A stretch of DNA of 64,000 nt from Verrucomicrobiales bacterium (GCA_046075565.1 JBJTQJ010000119.1:41377-105376), one strand, 5' to 3'. Shown: positions 10,153 through 20,094, numbered from the stretch's first letter. Numbers and translations are program-made. Notes: generated from the letters alone by a model not told the origin.

Positions 10153-11187
10153 ATGGAATACTCCGAACTCCAACGCCTCTACAATCTCCCCCTTTTCGAC
10201 CTGCTCACCCGCGCGCGCGCCGTACACGAGCAACACTGGCCGAAACGCGAAATCCAGCTTTGCACCCTGCTTTCCATCAAAACCGGCGGCTGCTCGGAAG
10301 ATTGCTCGTATTGCGCCCAATCCGCCCGTTACCAGACGGATGTGCAGCGGGAGGCCCTCATGTCGAAGGAAGGCGTGCTCGTGCGCGCCCGGATGGCCAA
10401 GGAAAATGGATCGACCCGATTCTGTATGGGTGCGGCGTGGAAAGGTGTCACCATGGGCACTCCGAAATTCGACCAGGTGCTCGATATCGTGCGTGAAGTC
10501 GCGGCCCTCAACATGGAAGTGTGCGTAACGCTCGGGGAAATCGGTTCCGAAGAAGCCCATGCCCTGCGTGATGCCGGCGTCACCGCCTACAACCACAACA
10601 TCGATACTTCGCCGGAGTATTATCCGAACATCGTCACCAGCCACACTTTTCAAGACCGCCTCAACACCATCCGTCATGCCCAGGACGCCGGAATGTCGGT
10701 CTGTTGCGGCGGCATCCTCGGCCTTGGTGAATCAACCGAAGACCGCCTGCGTATGCTCGAGGTGTTGTCGAGTTTCAATCCGCCGCCGGAATCGGTGCCC
10801 ATCAACGCGCTCATGCCGATGCGTGGCACGCCATTGGAGGAAAATGCTCCTGTTGATGTCTTCGACCTCGTGCGCATGATTGCGCTCGCCCGTATCGCCG
10901 TGCCGAAGTCGAAAGTCCGCCTCTCGGCCGGCCGCACCAACCTGAGCCGAGAAGGCCAGGCCCTTTGCTTCTTCGCGGGAGCCAACTCGATTTTCTACGG
11001 AGACAAATTGCTCACCGCCGCCAATCCGCAAAGCCAGCAGGACCTCGCCCTCATCGCCGAACTCGGGCTCAGTCCGCAAGCTCCTGATCCTTCCCTGATG
11101 GCCCCGCCCGTCAATCCCGATCTGCCCGCCGGACCGGAATTGCTCGAGCCTGCCCACGCAGGATGTGGATGCGGATGCGCGCATTGA
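10153..11187 (+). CDS. bioB: biotin synthase
   Basis: SIKTGGCSEDCSYCAQS radical-SAM motif, YNHNIDTS, PESVPIN, RLSAGR, GANSIFYGDKLLT. Confidence 0.96.
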   Translation: MEYSELQRLYNLPLFDLLTRARAVHEQHWPKREIQLCTLLSIKTGGCSEDCSYCAQSARYQTDVQREALMSKEGVLVRARMAKENGSTRFCMGAAWKGVTMGTPKFDQVLDIVREVAALNMEVCVTLGEIGSEEAHALRDAGVTAYNHNIDTSPEYYPNIVTSHTFQDRLNTIRHAQDAGMSVCCGGILGLGESTEDRLRMLEVLSSFNPPPESVPINALMPMRGTPLEENAPVDVFDLVRMIALARIAVPKSKVRLSAGRTNLSREGQALCFFAGANSIFYGDKLLTAANPQSQQDLALIAELGLSPQAPDPSLMAPPVNPDLPAGPELLEPAHAGCGCGCAH

Positions 11188-11348
11188 TGATGGGGAAAGG
11201 TGATTCTTGCCTCCCTCTCCAAAGCGGTGTCGCCCCCGACAGGTCGGGGTTGCCTCCGCACTCCACACAAGTGCTCTTTCGGTGGCAATTCTGCGCCTCG
11301 AGATACCGATTGCCCGCCACGCCGGGTGCCATCATCCCGAACAAGTCG

Positions 11349-11366
11349 CTTAACTTGACGGGCATG
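11349..11366. mobile_element. orphan IS4-like terminal inverted repeat, copy 1
   Basis: CTTAACTTGACGGGCATG resembles the IS4 end (CTTAACTG...GGCATT); near-identical copy at 11638. Confidence 0.5.
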
Positions 11367-11637
11367 CCCAACGTGGAACGCGGTTCGCAGCCAGAACACT
11401 CGTTCTTTTCTCGACAAAAAGGGAGTCCGGGCGTCCCGCCTGGAACTTGTCCCGTTCACGGGCAGGATGCCCGTGATCCCTTTTCGGCAAATGACACCGC
11501 AACTCCTCCGCCATGGCCCATCGCTCGAGCGAGCTACGGACACGACCCTGCGGGATCGTGTCCCTCCCTGGATGGAAAGGCGGGGATCCGCGTTCAAACC
11601 TCGGCATTTTTCTGGACGATTTTCCTTTGCTTTGATC

Positions 11638-11655
11638 CTTAACTTGACGCGCATG
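11638..11655. mobile_element. orphan IS4-like terminal inverted repeat, copy 2
   Basis: CTTAACTTGACGCGCATG, one mismatch to copy 1, same orientation, directly followed by a half REP. Confidence 0.5.
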
Positions 11656-11813
11656 CCGGACAGGTCGGGGTTGCACCGCACTCCGAAACTTGTGCTTGTG
11701 CAGCGGCGGTATTGGACTGCGCCGACAACGGCGGCGCTTTCCGGGATGGCGTGCCTTCCGCCAAAACGGCAACTCCCATGGCCTCTCGATTGAACGACCA
11801 GTCGAATCATGCT

Positions 11814-12749
11814 ATGACTCCCCCCATGCAGAGACGTCCCTTTCTTTTATCCCTCGCCGCCGCCGTCTTCGGCCCAGTGGCTTGTGGGCCACGTTCCGCT
11901 CCAACAACCGCCGTGCAAGGGCAAGGACTTTCCCTTGCCACGCGATTCCGCGGGCTTGAGCGCTTTCAGGCGCTATCGGCGCGCGCGAGTTCGGAAAACT
12001 GGGCCGCTTTGCCGGGCGGCGAACGAGTCGTCTCCATCGCACGTGCGCTTCGTGGCACGCCCTATGTGAATTGGACGTTGGAGATCGATGAACGCATCGA
12101 AGCGCCTTCGGTCAATCTCCTCGGCCTTGATTGTTGGACGGCTTACGAAATCCCTCTGGCCTTCGCGAGGATGATCGGGCAAAAGCCTGCGCCATGGCAG
12201 CCGGAAGATCTTCTCGCTTGGATCGAAGCCGAACGCTATCGCGGCGGAAAATGCGACGGCACCTATTTGTCACGGATGCATTACCTTGAGGAAGTCTTCT
12301 ACGACAACCAACGGCGCGGCCTCGCCACCAATATCACTCCGAGTTTGCCCGGAGCGCAACGCATGCAACGCGACATCACCGACATGAGCAATGGTTGGCG
12401 AAGCTACCGGATGATGCGGGCCAACCCGAATCTCGTGCCCCGCATCGCGAAAATGGAGCGCCGGGTTTCCGCTTTGCCCGTCTGGCATGTGCCGAAGGCC
12501 CGCGTTGCTGCCATCGAACCGCTTTTGCGTGCTGGCGACATTCTCGCAATCACGGGATACTGGAAGGGCAGCTACACCAGCCACGTTGGTCTCGCTGTTC
12601 CCGCGCCCGGCGGCACCTGCCGGTTCCTGCACGCGACTTCCGAACATTCCAAAGGACGCCAAGTCATTCTCGACGCAAGGATCTCGCAGTATCTCGCCGA
12701 AAATTCATCCCGTGCCGGTGTGATCGTATGCCGACCAAGAGTTGGCTGA
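11814..12749 (+). CDS. DUF1460 family (NlpC/P60-like N-acetylmuramoyl-L-alanine amidase-like) exported protein
   Basis: RRPFL signal with possible lipobox PVAC, GTPY...TLE, GLDCWT catalytic Cys, RY..G, SRMHY, GDILAI, SHVG, FLHA; start may be 11826. Confidence 0.8.
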   Translation: MTPPMQRRPFLLSLAAAVFGPVACGPRSAPTTAVQGQGLSLATRFRGLERFQALSARASSENWAALPGGERVVSIARALRGTPYVNWTLEIDERIEAPSVNLLGLDCWTAYEIPLAFARMIGQKPAPWQPEDLLAWIEAERYRGGKCDGTYLSRMHYLEEVFYDNQRRGLATNITPSLPGAQRMQRDITDMSNGWRSYRMMRANPNLVPRIAKMERRVSALPVWHVPKARVAAIEPLLRAGDILAITGYWKGSYTSHVGLAVPAPGGTCRFLHATSEHSKGRQVILDARISQYLAENSSRAGVIVCRPRVG

Positions 12750-12769
12750 AACGACATACCGGAATCAAA

Positions 12770-13019
12770 GGAGCACGGGCATCTTGCCCAATACTCATGG
12801 TTTAGCACTCGAAATGGCAAAGACTGGTCAGATTTCCGGGCAAGACCGGGCCTACTTCGCCAAGGCTTCGAAGGCTTCAACGGTCTTGCTACGACTCCGA
12901 TGGATGCTCACAGGCCATTTGCCCTTGGGTTTCCACGTCAAGCGTAGCAAGAGCGTCTCGCTCTTGCCTCCCAAGGACTTGAACAACGATAACCCGGAAG
13001 ACCAAGATGCCCGTGCTCC
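12770..13019. repeat. nested REP/REPIN-like element
   Basis: Perfect 17-bp inverted repeat GGAGCACGGGCATCTTG (12770-12786/13003-13019) enclosing GTAG-headed hairpins at 12840-12892 (-) and 12944-12967 (+). Confidence 0.75.
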
Positions 13020-13074
13020 ATTGCAAAAGGCAAGCCTGCTAACAATCGCACGCCAGAGGCTGGGACCTTTTTGA

Positions 13075-14124
13075 TCAAACACCGAACATGCGTTTCACCG
13101 ACTCGCGTTTGAGGGCGAGTTCGCGCCATTCGCGCGCGGGATCACTTTCGGCGATGAACCCGCATCCACTGGGTAACAAAACCTCATCACCACGCCAGCA
13201 GATGTGACGGATGCCCACGACACCGTGAAAGGCATCGCCGAGCCGCACCCCGAAGGGCGCGCCGAACCGGCGGGGTGTGCCGAGGCGTCTCCGGCATTCG
13301 GCTAACAAATGAAGATTTTCCGGGCTTCGCGGCAACACGCCCAACGCGGGTGTGGGATGCAAGAGTGCGATGAGTTCACCGATGGAAGGCGCTGCTCCAA
13401 AGAGTTTCACGCGCAGATCGGAGCGGAAATGCACGAGCGAACCCAAGGGAAGCAACTCGCGAGGATGGCGTTCGACTTCCCCGAGATTGGCGAGCGCGGC
13501 CATGAGGTATTCGGCGACCAGTTCATGCTCGCGGATTTCCTTAGGGTTGATGGTGAAGGGTTCGGCGCGTTCAATCGGCGCAGTGCCGGCGAGCGCCATC
13601 GTCTCGAGGATTCCATTTTCAATCGAGAAGAGGCGTTCCGGCGTCGCGCCGACAAGCCCGCGATCCGAGATCCGGTAGGCGTAACTCCAGTAGATGGACG
13701 GCAAACCCGGCAGCGCGCGGGCGAGCGCGTCGAGGCGTCCGCCGAGCAAACGGCCGACCTCGGTGACGACCGGCACGATTTTCAAAAATTGCCCGGCATC
13801 GAGCCCGCGCCGCAATTCCCCGCAGAGTGATTCCCACTGTCGTTGACCGGGCGGATCCCATCCGATTTCCGGAGCTTCTCCGCTGATCGTTTCGGTGAGG
13901 GAAGCGAGGTCGTCGGCGATCCAGAAATCCGATGGTTGTTTCCACGGCGCGGGGTCGGCCAATTCGAAATCATTGGCGTAGAAGCAGGGCACACCATCGG
14001 GAGGCGGCTCCGCGAGGGTGGCGAATGGCCCGCGACCGATACAAAATCCGACGCCCGGAACCCGCAGGAAAGCAAAGTCCTCGGACGAGGCAATCGCTTG
14101 GGGGTTGGAATCCGGTGGAGGCAC
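13075..14124 (-). CDS. menF: chorismate-binding protein, isochorismate synthase-like
   Basis: GATPERL, ALAGT, KE..EH..V, LHPTPAL, IR, GCG...ES.P..EW.E...K. Confidence 0.7.
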   Translation of the reverse strand: MPPPDSNPQAIASSEDFAFLRVPGVGFCIGRGPFATLAEPPPDGVPCFYANDFELADPAPWKQPSDFWIADDLASLTETISGEAPEIGWDPPGQRQWESLCGELRRGLDAGQFLKIVPVVTEVGRLLGGRLDALARALPGLPSIYWSYAYRISDRGLVGATPERLFSIENGILETMALAGTAPIERAEPFTINPKEIREHELVAEYLMAALANLGEVERHPRELLPLGSLVHFRSDLRVKLFGAAPSIGELIALLHPTPALGVLPRSPENLHLLAECRRRLGTPRRFGAPFGVRLGDAFHGVVGIRHICWRGDEVLLPSGCGFIAESDPAREWRELALKRESVKRMFGV

Positions 14125-14155
14125 GATTGCTATACGCCGGCGGCGCGGGTCTAGG

Positions 14156-15397
14156 TCACTTGATGGCGGCCCGTTTCAGCATCGAATACTCGGAACGGTT
14201 GAAGTCCACGTATTCGGGCGAGAGGTCTGAGGTATAGACGGTGTATTCGGCGTCGCCCAGATGCAGATCGATGCGGATGGTGAACGATGGATTCTCGACC
14301 ACCTTGCGCAGCTCTTCGAGCGGTGTCGAGGATGCCAGTCCACCGCGCGTGGCGGCGACTCCGCCGAAGTAAATGTCGATCAATTCCTCTCGCACGTGGG
14401 CGCGGGCGTAGCCGATGGCATCCATGATGCGGCCCCAATTGGCATCGCCGCCATTCCATGAACATTTGCAGAGGGAAGATTTGGCGACGGACTCAGCCAC
14501 CTTGCGGGCATCGAGCCAGGTGGCCGCCCCCTGCACTTGCACTTCGACGAACTTCGTCACCCGTTCGCCATCGGAGACAATAGCCTTGGCCAATTTCAAC
14601 ATCACCTCGTTGAGGGCCTCGCGGAAAAGTTTCTCGTCGCTGGAGCCGGGTTCAATCGATTTGTTACCTGCTTCGCCATTGGCGAGCACGATCACGGTGT
14701 CATTCGTGCTCATGTCGCCGTCGATGGTGATGCGATTGAAAGACTGTTCGACGGCAACTTGCACGGCCTTCTGCAAGGCGGCTTTGCTGATGGCGGCATC
14801 GGTGGTCACAAAACACAACATGGTTGCCATACTCGGGCAAATCATACCCGCGCCTTTCGCGCAACCCGCGATGGTCACGGATTTTCCCCCGAGAGTGAAA
14901 CGCACCGCTGTTTCCTTCGGGCGAGTATCGCTGGTCATGATGGCGCGGGCGACATCCGGTCCGCCATCGGGTGTCATGGCCGCGCAGATTTCCGGGATGC
15001 GGTGCTCGATGCGATCCATGGGTAGGGGCAGGCCGATGATGCCGGTTGAACAAACCGCGACCTGGCGCTGGCGCAAGCCGAGCGCTTTGGCGGTCGCGCG
15101 CACCATGGTTTTGGCGTCCGTGATTCCGATCGGTCCGGTGCAGGCATTGGCATTGCCGCTGTTGGCAATGATGGCTTGCACGTCGTCGCGGCGCAAATGT
15201 TCCTGTGAAACCCGCACGGGCGCGGCCTTGACCTTGTTGGTGGTGAAGGCACCTGCCGAGACACAGAGAGCAACCGAACGCAGCACCGTCATGTCGAGGC
15301 GCGGCTTTGTCGGGTCCTTGATGCCGCACCCGGCGGCGGCGGCGATGAAGCCACGGGGCGTGGTCACCCCTCCGGGAATCGTTTCGGTATGGGCCAT
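14156..15397 (-). CDS. argJ: ornithine acetyltransferase / N-acetylglutamate synthase
   Basis: NSGNANACTG, STGIIG, IMTSDT, AKGAGMICPSMATML, DGDMSTND, GGDANWGR. Confidence 0.96.
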   Translation of the reverse strand: MAHTETIPGGVTTPRGFIAAAAGCGIKDPTKPRLDMTVLRSVALCVSAGAFTTNKVKAAPVRVSQEHLRRDDVQAIIANSGNANACTGPIGITDAKTMVRATAKALGLRQRQVAVCSTGIIGLPLPMDRIEHRIPEICAAMTPDGGPDVARAIMTSDTRPKETAVRFTLGGKSVTIAGCAKGAGMICPSMATMLCFVTTDAAISKAALQKAVQVAVEQSFNRITIDGDMSTNDTVIVLANGEAGNKSIEPGSSDEKLFREALNEVMLKLAKAIVSDGERVTKFVEVQVQGAATWLDARKVAESVAKSSLCKCSWNGGDANWGRIMDAIGYARAHVREELIDIYFGGVAATRGGLASSTPLEELRKVVENPSFTIRIDLHLGDAEYTVYTSDLSPEYVDFNRSEYSMLKRAAIK

Positions 15398-15449
15398 GGT
15401 GCGAGGCAGGTTGGGAGCGATGGCGGCGGGTTGTGACACCCGATCCAGC

Positions 15450-16502
15450 TCAATGTTGGCCCAGTCCGGTGGTTTCGTCCAGCCCGAGCATGAGGTTGAG
15501 GCATTGCACGGCCTGGCTGGACGCGCCTTTCCAGAGATTGTCTTCCGCGCTGAAGAGCAAAACGCGGTTCGCGCGAGTGTCGAAAGACCACCCGATGTCG
15601 ATGAACCGCGAACGGGTGACATGCCGGGTGTCCGGACATTGGTCGCGACCAAGCAAACGCACGGCGGGTTTGCCCGTGTAGGCCGATTCAAGTGCGGCAC
15701 CGATGGCGGAAGGATCGGTTAGATTTCCCGCCGGCTCCGCGATGATGGTGGTGGCGATGCCAGCCGTCACCGGAATCAGATGTGGGACAAAGGTGATCAC
15801 GACACCGGTTCCGGCGGCGAGGGAGAGTTCCTGTTCGATCTCGCTGAGGTGGCGGTGTTTCGGCACACCGTAGGCGCGGGCGCTTTCGTTACATTCGGCG
15901 AAGAGCAGGGGCAAGGATTCCTTGCGCCCGGCACCGCTGACGCCGCTCATGCTGGCCACGCTGATGCCGACCGGTGATACGAGGCCCGCTTTGAGCAGCG
16001 GGATGAGGGGCAGAAGGATACTGGTTGGATAACAACCGGGTGCAGCGATCAAATCCGCGCCGCGGATTGCCTCCGGGCGCACTTCCGGCAATCCGTAAAC
16101 CGCTTTGGCCAGCAATTCCGGAGCCGGATGCGGGTGATCATAGAATTCCTCATACACTTCCGGTGAGCGCAGGCGGAAATCCGCGCTCAGGTCGATCACT
16201 TTTTTGCCCGCCGCGAGCAAGGGAATGGCGTGCCCGGCCGCGACTCCATGCGGAAGCGCGAGAAAGGCCGTCTCGATGGAAGGATTGGCGGCCAGTTCCT
16301 CCGGAGCTGGCGCGGTGAAGCGTAATGTCTCCGCTGAACCGAGCCCTCGGAAGCGCGGAAAAACCTCCGCTACCGATTTCCCGGCGAACTGGCGCGAGGT
16401 CACGACCCGCAAGTCCACGGCGGGATGCTGGAGGAGAACGCGGAGCAGCTCGATACCGGAGTATCCGCTCGCCCCGACTACGGCGACGGGATGGCGATTC
16501 AT
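15450..16502 (-). CDS. argC: N-acetyl-gamma-glutamyl-phosphate reductase
   Basis: VGASGYSG, ALPHG, DLSADFR, PGCYPT, SGVSGAGR, DNLWKGASSQA. Confidence 0.96.
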   Translation of the reverse strand: MNRHPVAVVGASGYSGIELLRVLLQHPAVDLRVVTSRQFAGKSVAEVFPRFRGLGSAETLRFTAPAPEELAANPSIETAFLALPHGVAAGHAIPLLAAGKKVIDLSADFRLRSPEVYEEFYDHPHPAPELLAKAVYGLPEVRPEAIRGADLIAAPGCYPTSILLPLIPLLKAGLVSPVGISVASMSGVSGAGRKESLPLLFAECNESARAYGVPKHRHLSEIEQELSLAAGTGVVITFVPHLIPVTAGIATTIIAEPAGNLTDPSAIGAALESAYTGKPAVRLLGRDQCPDTRHVTRSRFIDIGWSFDTRANRVLLFSAEDNLWKGASSQAVQCLNLMLGLDETTGLGQH

Positions 16503-16787
16503 TGGACGCACAATCTAACCCGGATTCCCGCGCTGCCAAGGGTGGGACTGCGCAGATTCCGTTATTCCTGTGAGTGACGTAGAAGTTCAAGGGGATTGCG
16601 TCCGCGAGCGGCCGATGAGCCCGAAGACTGCTCCCCCTGGCACGGCGAGATCGAGTCCGCTCGCGGCATACACGCCGCCGTGCGGACCGGAGTCCGCCTC
16701 TTCCTAGCCAAAGCAGCTCTTCCAGAGGGAGAGCCTTTTGGTCTAGAATTTGCTTGTTTCGGGCCGTCGATCTTGTAAAGAGAGCGT

Positions 16788-17969
16788 ATGAGAATTCTTG
16801 CGAAATGCATCCCCGCCTTAGCGGGAATGGCCCTTCTGGCCGCGGGTGCGTGGGCCGCGATGGATGCGCCGGCCAAGGTCATTCCGCTCAAGGGCAAAGC
16901 GGCGGCGGTGAGCGCGCTCTTGGTAGTGGATCTGGAGGGCGCGGATATGGCGGGCTTTTCGCAAGCACTGACCGCGAATGCCATCGAGACGGGGAACAGA
17001 TCACCGATGGGCTATCGTTTCAATCAGGAAGTCGGCCCCGACATGGAACGGGCCTTGGATTCGGCGGTGCGCGGTTTGCAACTCCGCCACGGAGCCTGGC
17101 CGCGCGGACAATCGGTGGAGTTCACTTTCCGCGAAAAGTATTCGCCGAAGGACGGGCCATCGGCGGCGACGGCCTGCGCGTTGATCCTTGATTCCTTGAT
17201 CACGGGTGATGCGCTCGATGAGACATTCGCCGTCACGGGCGACATGAACAGCGATTTAACGGTCCAGCCGGTGGGTGGTGTGCCGAGTAAAATCCGCGGC
17301 GCGGCCAAAGGCGGAAGTAAAATGGTGGCGGTCCCGAAGGCCAATGTCCGTGATGTGGAAGATATGGTGGTCATGGATGGTTTCGCCGCCATCGGCAACA
17401 CGCAGATTTTCTCCATCGCCACTTTCGATGAAGCGAGGGCGTTGGCCGTGAAGGAAAGAAGCGCGGCGGTCAAGGTCAGCATCGATGAATTCGCGAAGCT
17501 GCAATCCGGACAAGTGAAGTTGCGCACGCCGGAGGGAAAGGCGCTCATCGACGGGATTCTGCAGAAAACGCCGAACCATCTCTCGGCCGATCTCATGCGC
17601 CGATTGCAAACGGGCAAAGCGCCCACGCGATTGTCCTTGGTCGGATCCATCGATGTGGTGCGCCGGACTACCGCTCCTTTCTTCAATGCCCTCAACGAGG
17701 ACCGCGCCTACACCATTAACGGCCCGGCTTTTGAAAAGGCCATGACCACGCTGTCGGGACTCGGCAACAAGCTCGACTTGAAGGTCACGCCCTATCACAA
17801 TGCCATGATCGATTTCCTCACGTTCGCGCGCCGCTACGTGGACAAGGACATCAGCAACCGCACCGAATACGCCCGGTTTCGCGAGGACCTGGAGAAGCGG
17901 ATCAACCGCGTGAACGAGGAATGGAAAAAACTCCTGCGCGATCCGGCCGTGGTCGAAGCGATAAAGTGA
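16788..17969 (+). CDS. secreted protein with Lon-type S16 serine protease domain, no ATPase
   Basis: Signal peptide; PKDGPSAA (catalytic Ser), AVTGD, VGGVPSKI (catalytic Lys); helical C-terminal region. Confidence 0.8.
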   Translation: MRILAKCIPALAGMALLAAGAWAAMDAPAKVIPLKGKAAAVSALLVVDLEGADMAGFSQALTANAIETGNRSPMGYRFNQEVGPDMERALDSAVRGLQLRHGAWPRGQSVEFTFREKYSPKDGPSAATACALILDSLITGDALDETFAVTGDMNSDLTVQPVGGVPSKIRGAAKGGSKMVAVPKANVRDVEDMVVMDGFAAIGNTQIFSIATFDEARALAVKERSAAVKVSIDEFAKLQSGQVKLRTPEGKALIDGILQKTPNHLSADLMRRLQTGKAPTRLSLVGSIDVVRRTTAPFFNALNEDRAYTINGPAFEKAMTTLSGLGNKLDLKVTPYHNAMIDFLTFARRYVDKDISNRTEYARFREDLEKRINRVNEEWKKLLRDPAVVEAIK

Positions 17970-18003
17970 GAGCTCACCGAGTGCCGGTAAATGCACTTTT
18001 CCG

Positions 18004-18032
18004 GTGACAATCCTCACCGCCCCCGCTAGGAT
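18004..18032 (+). promoter_or_regulatory. sigma70-like promoter, probably giving a leaderless mRNA
   Basis: GTGACA-17 bp-TAGGAT, with the -10 box 6 nt before ATG 18039. Confidence 0.5.
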
Positions 18033-18038
18033 GATGTC

Positions 18039-18512
18039 ATGATCGACATGCTGGTGCGGCTTTATGATTTGCCCGACGCGGGCGATCTCTTTTCCCACAT
18101 TGCCGACCAGGGCATCATCCTGCGGCGACCCGGGGCCTACGAAAAACACCTCGTTGCAGGCTGGGCGGGTGATATGTTCAGTCCGAAGTGGAAGAGCGAA
18201 TGTGAGGTCGCCTTCTCCCGGCAGCCGGTCTCTTGTTTCATCGCGACGAGAGAGAAGAAGATTCTTGCCTTCGCCTGTTATGAAACGACCTGCCGGGGAT
18301 TCTTCGGACCCATGGGGGTGGATCCCAACGCGCGCGGCACCGGGCTCGGCAAGGCCATCCTGTTGATGACCCTGGCCGCCATGCGCGATGAAGGCCACGC
18401 CTACGCCATCATCGGTGGCGTCGGACCGAAGGAGTTCTATGCACGGACCGTCGGGGCCTTCGAGATCCCCGGCTCCGATCCGGGCATCTACCGCGACATT
18501 CTTCCGGGCTGA
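18039..18512 (+). CDS. GNAT family N-acetyltransferase
   Basis: FGPMGVDPNARGTGLGKAIL acetyl-CoA motif, FY.. Confidence 0.88.
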   Translation: MIDMLVRLYDLPDAGDLFSHIADQGIILRRPGAYEKHLVAGWAGDMFSPKWKSECEVAFSRQPVSCFIATREKKILAFACYETTCRGFFGPMGVDPNARGTGLGKAILLMTLAAMRDEGHAYAIIGGVGPKEFYARTVGAFEIPGSDPGIYRDILPG

Positions 18513-18579
18513 GGAATCCGATTCATCTCCCGCCTTGCGCGGCGGGCCGATTGCGGGCATGATCCCGGGTTTCACCTTC

Positions 18580-20094
18580 ATGGCCGCGCCGACTCCCCTG
18601 CTTCCTACTTTTGATGATTTCCGCCCGCTAGCGGAGTCCGGCCGGCTCGTGCCCGTTTTCACGCAGCTCACGTCCGATTTTGAGACCCCGCTGGCCGCCT
18701 ATTGCCGCATCCGGGATGGCGCGCACAGTTTCCTGCTCGAATCGGCGGAAAGCTCGGAAACCATCGGGCGGTATTCGTTTCTGGGCACGGCCCCGCGTTT
18801 GGTGATGACGCAACGCGGAAAAGAAGTCACGCTGGAAGATGAGCAGGGAAAACGTGTCCACCAGACCGACCGCGACCCGCTCGCCGAACTGGAGGCACTC
18901 ATGGCTCCCTACCGTCCGGTGGATGCCCGGACATTCGGTCTCCCGCTTTTCACCGGCGGTGCGGTCGGATACCTAGGATTCGACTGTGTGCGCTATTTCG
19001 AGCCGGTGGTCGGTGAACCGCCACCCGATGTGCTCGGTTTGCCCGATGCGGTTTTCCTGATCACCGACACGCTGGTGATTTTTGATCATCTGCTGCGCCG
19101 CATCACCGTGCTGGCCAATGTGCTCGTCGGCGAGGGAGAAACCGCCGAAGCCGCCTACGAACGCGGGCGCGCCAAAATCGATGACTTGCTCGCGCGGTTG
19201 CAGGCCCCGATCGCCACTCCGGTCTTCAATACCCTGCGGCCCCCGACCACGGCCACCGAGGCCACCAGCAACACAACCCGCGAGGAATTCCACGCCATGG
19301 TCCACCGAGCCAAGGAATACATCCTTGCCGGTGACATTTTCCAAGTCGTGCCGTCGCAGCGGTTCAGCACACCCTTCGATGGCGATCCGGTGGATCTTTA
19401 TCGCGCCCTGCGGCACGTCAATCCTTCGCCCTACATGTTCCTGCTTGAGTTTCCCAACCGCCTCGCGCTGGTCGGTAGCTCGCCGGAGGTGCATGTGCGT
19501 TGTCTGGAAGGGAAAATCGAAATCCGCCCCATCGCTGGCACCCGCTGGCGCGGAAAAACACCCGAAGAAGACCAGGCCCTTGCGGACGATTTGCTCGCCG
19601 ATCCCAAGGAATGCGCCGAACACCTCATGCTCGTCGATCTCGCACGCAACGACGTCGGCCGCATCGCGGATTTCGAATCGGTGAAGGTGCGCGACTTCAT
19701 GATCATCGAACGCTACAGCCATGTCATGCACATCGTCTCGCATGTCACCGGGCAGCTCAAGCAAGGGCATACCGCGTATGATGTCATGCGAGCCACCTTC
19801 CCGGCCGGCACGGTCAGCGGTGCCCCGAAAGTGCGCGCCGTGCAGATTCTCTACGGACTCGAAAAGCACAAACGCTGCGCGTATGCGGGGGCGGTCGGTT
19901 ATTTCGGTTTCGATGGCAACCACGACTCGTGTATCACGCTGCGCACCTGCGTATTGAACCAGGGTATGGCCCATGTCCAGGCCGGAGCGGGCGTCGTCGC
20001 CGATTCCGATCCCGAATACGAATACAACGAGACCATCAACAAGGCCCGCGGCATGCTGCGCGCCCTCGAAACCGCCCGCGGCATCCGCGCCTGA
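18580..20094 (+). CDS. trpE: anthranilate synthase component I
   Basis: [46 protein letters not shown]. Confidence 0.93.
   Translation: MAAPTPLLPTFDDFRPLAESGRLVPVFTQLTSDFETPLAAYCRIRDGAHSFLLESAESSETIGRYSFLGTAPRLVMTQRGKEVTLEDEQGKRVHQTDRDPLAELEALMAPYRPVDARTFGLPLFTGGAVGYLGFDCVRYFEPVVGEPPPDVLGLPDAVFLITDTLVIFDHLLRRITVLANVLVGEGETAEAAYERGRAKIDDLLARLQAPIATPVFNTLRPPTTATEATSNTTREEFHAMVHRAKEYILAGDIFQVVPSQRFSTPFDGDPVDLYRALRHVNPSPYMFLLEFPNRLALVGSSPEVHVRCLEGKIEIRPIAGTRWRGKTPEEDQALADDLLADPKECAEHLMLVDLARNDVGRIADFESVKVRDFMIIERYSHVMHIVSHVTGQLKQGHTAYDVMRATFPAGTVSGAPKVRAVQILYGLEKHKRCAYAGAVGYFGFDGNHDSCITLRTCVLNQGMAHVQAGAGVVADSDPEYEYNETINKARGMLRALETARGIRA

Larger units (their letters stand above)
11221..11740. repeat. 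mosaic of REP-like hairpins
   Basis: AAAGCGGTGTCG...CCGCACTCCA (11221-11265) with a half-copy at 11659-11684 and an inverted relative at 11712-11740; inverted pair 11421-11444/11457-11480; hairpin 11538-11567. Confidence 0.7.

Noticed and set aside
11188..11813. CRISPR array or riboswitch in the long intergenic region after bioB
   Set aside because: Repeats occur only twice, with irregular spacing and mixed types; no cas genes and no recognisable riboswitch core
14415..15722. Long antisense ORFs (also 7274-8647, 17256-18671, 31307-32707, 42934-44670, 53641-54864)
   Set aside because: They shadow well-supported genes on the opposite strand, as expected from high-GC codon bias, and show no protein motifs
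16603..16703. Inverted repeat CCGCGAGCGG/CCGCTCGCGG and GCGGAC-CGGA-GTCCGC hairpin between argC and the Lon-domain gene
   Set aside because: Probably another degenerate REP, but single-copy in the window and too short to support separately
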